A stretch of DNA of 64,000 bases from positions 13,206,001 to 13,270,000 of the forward strand of contig CM120645.1 in assembly GCA_051362555.1 (NCBI GenBank). The letters are read 5' to 3'. This DNA comes from Lingula anatina (Eukaryota > Animalia > Brachiopoda). Position numbers and translations under genes: made by a program. Under the pieces are notes generated by a model. That model did not search any database and was not told the DNA's origin. It saw only the letters and a list, made by a program, of their open reading frames with translations. Shown here piece after piece: positions 26,201 to 64,000 of the stretch (position 1 is its first letter; every line of letters starts with the position of its first letter).

Positions 26201-26767
26201 CACCTAAAAAAGCAAATATTGATTCTGAATTCATACCGTGGTGTTTTTTAACCTTTGTATGATATTTACGCCCTTAAAAGACTATATACTTGAAGTTTTA
26301 ATTAGAAGCCGTATTTTTGGAGGCCATCTTGGATCTGAAGGCCATTTTTAAATTTTCGGATATGCCCATACATCCAAACTTGCTCAGAATTTCATTTTCC
26401 ACAAACCTGCCAAATTTTATGCTTGTAGTTTTAAGTGCTTGATGAATTCCCCATTCAAATGGATAACTTGAATAAATGGTCTGCTTTTTTTACTTTTAGC
26501 GGCCATTTTGGATTTAATACACCTGAAGGATTCCTACCATGGTGTTTTCTAACCTTTATATGATATTTTAAGTCATTAGAAGACTATGTACTTGAAGTTT
26601 TAATTTGAAAAGGTATTTTGGTGGCCATATTGGATTTGACGGCCATTTTGGAATTTTCAGACATGCCCATATATCCAAATTTGCTTAGAATTTTATTGTC
26701 CATAAGTGTGCCAAATTTCATGCTTGTAGGTAAAAAATGCACAATTTTTCACCAATTTCCTGGACTA
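23260..26767 (-). mobile_element. Decayed TIR DNA transposon with TAG...CTA ends, probably Academ (XPG-type)
   Basis: Left end TAGTCCAAGAAATTGGTG..TTTTTTACCTACAAGCATGAAATTTG matches the reverse complement of the right end. About 300-320-bp subterminal units occur twice on the left and four times on the right. Frameshifted minus-strand remnants resemble LPPTSDxL..H...NYQ..xW (~24930-25005) and FTGCDxxSxF (~25270-25340). No clean TSD; the superfamily call is tentative. Confidence 0.65.
24984..25209. repeat. 112-bp tandem duplication inside the Academ-like element
   Basis: GAGTCAGAAGCATTGGAAGACTGG starts at 24984 and 25096. Confidence 0.9.
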
Positions 26768-26832
26768 GTCTGTACGTGAAAACAAATAGTTAAAAGGTGA
26801 CCCTTTTAGTAATAATGCATACATTTTTTTTT

Positions 26833-26944
<112 letters not shown>

Positions 26945-28193
26945 AATAGCTGCACTTTAAGGTTGTGCTAATACAGATAAAGAAATCAAATGGCCAATTG
27001 ATGAGTGTTTTTTCTGTACCTTGCTTTTTTAAGGTAAATGCACTTTTTTTTTATCATTTTTAAGATTTTCTGATGCCAGATGACAAGGGTTCTATCTTCC
27101 ATGTCAAATGGATTTCTAATTATCTTCACTGATGTGTCCAATAATTGAGGGGTTTTTTCATGACTTCTGAACAGAAGGCCAATATACAGTGCAAGTGTAC
27201 TCCTAAGTTTGGATATTTTAATGGAATTGGCTGTTAATGACAAAATTAATGGAAATGCTTGGGACAGTTGTATCCCCCCCCCCCCCCCCCTTTGCTCATG
27301 GGGACAGCCCTGCAACACAATGATTTAATGTCCATTTTTGTTATCAAATTTGATTTCAGAATTTGAGTTACCCGGTTTATTGATTCAGAAATGTTTCTGG
27401 CATTTGTTGCTATTTTTAGCCTTTTTAAAGAAAATATTACATACCTGTTTGGTTGTTTACCATTGTACGTAATTGCATTTTCGAATGTTTTGCTAGCTGC
27501 CTGCAGCCAAGGGTTATGGTGACCTTGGGGTATTGTGGGTAACAATTACTGCTGGTGCAATAGATAACAAAACACCATATTCAGAGCTGGCGTGTCACTG
27601 AACTTTCATGCAAGCGGAGATAATCTCATGGGTTACCGGTATATTTAAGTTGGATCGGCTGATAATTTTGACAGTGCAGAGTGCAGTTTAGAGGTAGTAC
27701 AATTATAGAAGATCTACTGCAGATTTTTATTTCATGTTCTGTTCTTTACAGGTAAAGGGAATGGATTGACTGGTTTGGGTAACATTAAGTAATACTGAGG
27801 TAAGGTTCTTAAAGCTTTTATGGTATTTATTTTTAATAATTGAAATGATATTAATGTTGATTTTGCTGATGATAATGTTGATAGTGATCATCATAATATT
27901 TATAATAAGAATTATAGTATATACATAATAAAAGTTCTTATAATTATGACAGTGATCATTATGAAAATGATATTAATAATGATAATAGTAATATACTTAA
28001 TGATATGAACAATAATGATAAAATTGATTAAATGATTGTGGTGATAGCATTAAATTTCCCTTGCCATCAAGTATTTGAAATTGGACACCCTCCTTAGTTA
28101 AGGTGTCTTCAGCCTCTTGTAAATTCTTTTGTCATTCTGAGACCCAGTAGGCATAATAACACATTACCTTTTCTCTATTACAAAAGATAATTC

Positions 28194-28286
28194 ATTTACT
28201 AGTAGGTTTTGGAATTTATTGATTTATTTAAGTGAGAATTAATTTACTAGTAGGTTTTGGAATTTATTGATTTATTTAAGTGAGAT
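28194..28286. repeat. 49-bp tandem duplication
   Basis: ATTTACTAGTAGGTTTTGGAATTTATTGATTTATTT occurs twice. Confidence 0.85.
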
Positions 28287-28831
28287 TATTTTTGGCCTTT
28301 TTGTCAGTGATTTCATTGAAATAGCTACAGTATTTGGTTCCAAGGGGAGTAGTAGATATGCTTTTTAAATTCTCAACAATTACAGTGCGTCATGCATTTT
28401 CCTATCAACTACTGCATGTATCATACTATATTTACTCATGACTCTGTATCCTGAATTATTTATTCATTTATTTTTCTTTCTTTAAGCCATTGCAATTTCG
28501 AAATCTTGACTTTCATCTCATGCAGCCTTCTGGTACTATTGGTATTTTTAGGGTGTCTCAGCTGCTGGTTGCTATATTTTTGCACTTTGTGTATTGATTT
28601 TTTGCAGGCGATTTATCACTGTGGATGAGCATTTGGGAAACATACTGAACTGTGCCAACAATTTTACTAATGATTATATGCTTATGTGACCGAAAAATTG
28701 TGAGAGGATTGCTGTCTATATGCTGCTCGGACTGCATGTCCCCCTGCATTTGAATTGTATCCAGAAACATGAAAAGCATGAGCAAGCAGCTCTGCCAACC
28801 ATCTTGACTGAGATAGAGACAGGGGAAAAAG

Positions 28832-63827
<34,996 letters not shown>

Positions 63828-64000
63828 GTAAGTAGACTTCTTTGTGTGTGCACGTGTGTGTGTGTGTGTACAGTGTACGTGTTTGTGTAATAGTGTGTAG
63901 AAAATCATAGAGAATTATAAAAGAAACTTAAAAACTGGCACTTTACGCTGCCATACCAGTGACCAATTGAATTATTATAGGAATATCTACCCTATTCACT

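Overview
AT-rich, intron-rich animal genomic DNA. A marine invertebrate such as an echinoderm is my inference; the window does not prove it. Three spliced genes were rebuilt by hand with consistent splice phases: (1) periphilin/PPHLN1, a HUSH subunit, + strand, 7 exons, about 560 aa, 1168-9944; (2) RNA polymerase I subunit RPA34/PAF49 (POLR1G/CD3EAP), - strand, 10 coding exons, about 708 aa, 17672-12153, with an unusual ~490-aa N-terminal extension; (3) an LRRK2 orthologue (ARM-ANK-LRR-ROC), + strand, 34 coding exons from 28832, running off the window inside the ROC domain. Introns carry four non-autonomous Helentron/DINE-like elements with 146- or 161-bp internal satellites, a decayed 3.5-kb TAG...CTA element (Academ-like), an IS3EU-like MITE, several Harbinger and hAT MITEs, and microsatellites. 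The most striking feature is a 1.35-kb array of about 45 copies of an LRRK2 exon end plus its splice donor. It parses as a near-constant GTAGGTACAG spacer alternating with mostly in-frame 39-nt or 12-nt LRR cassettes. Three smaller splice-junction duplications occur elsewhere in the window.
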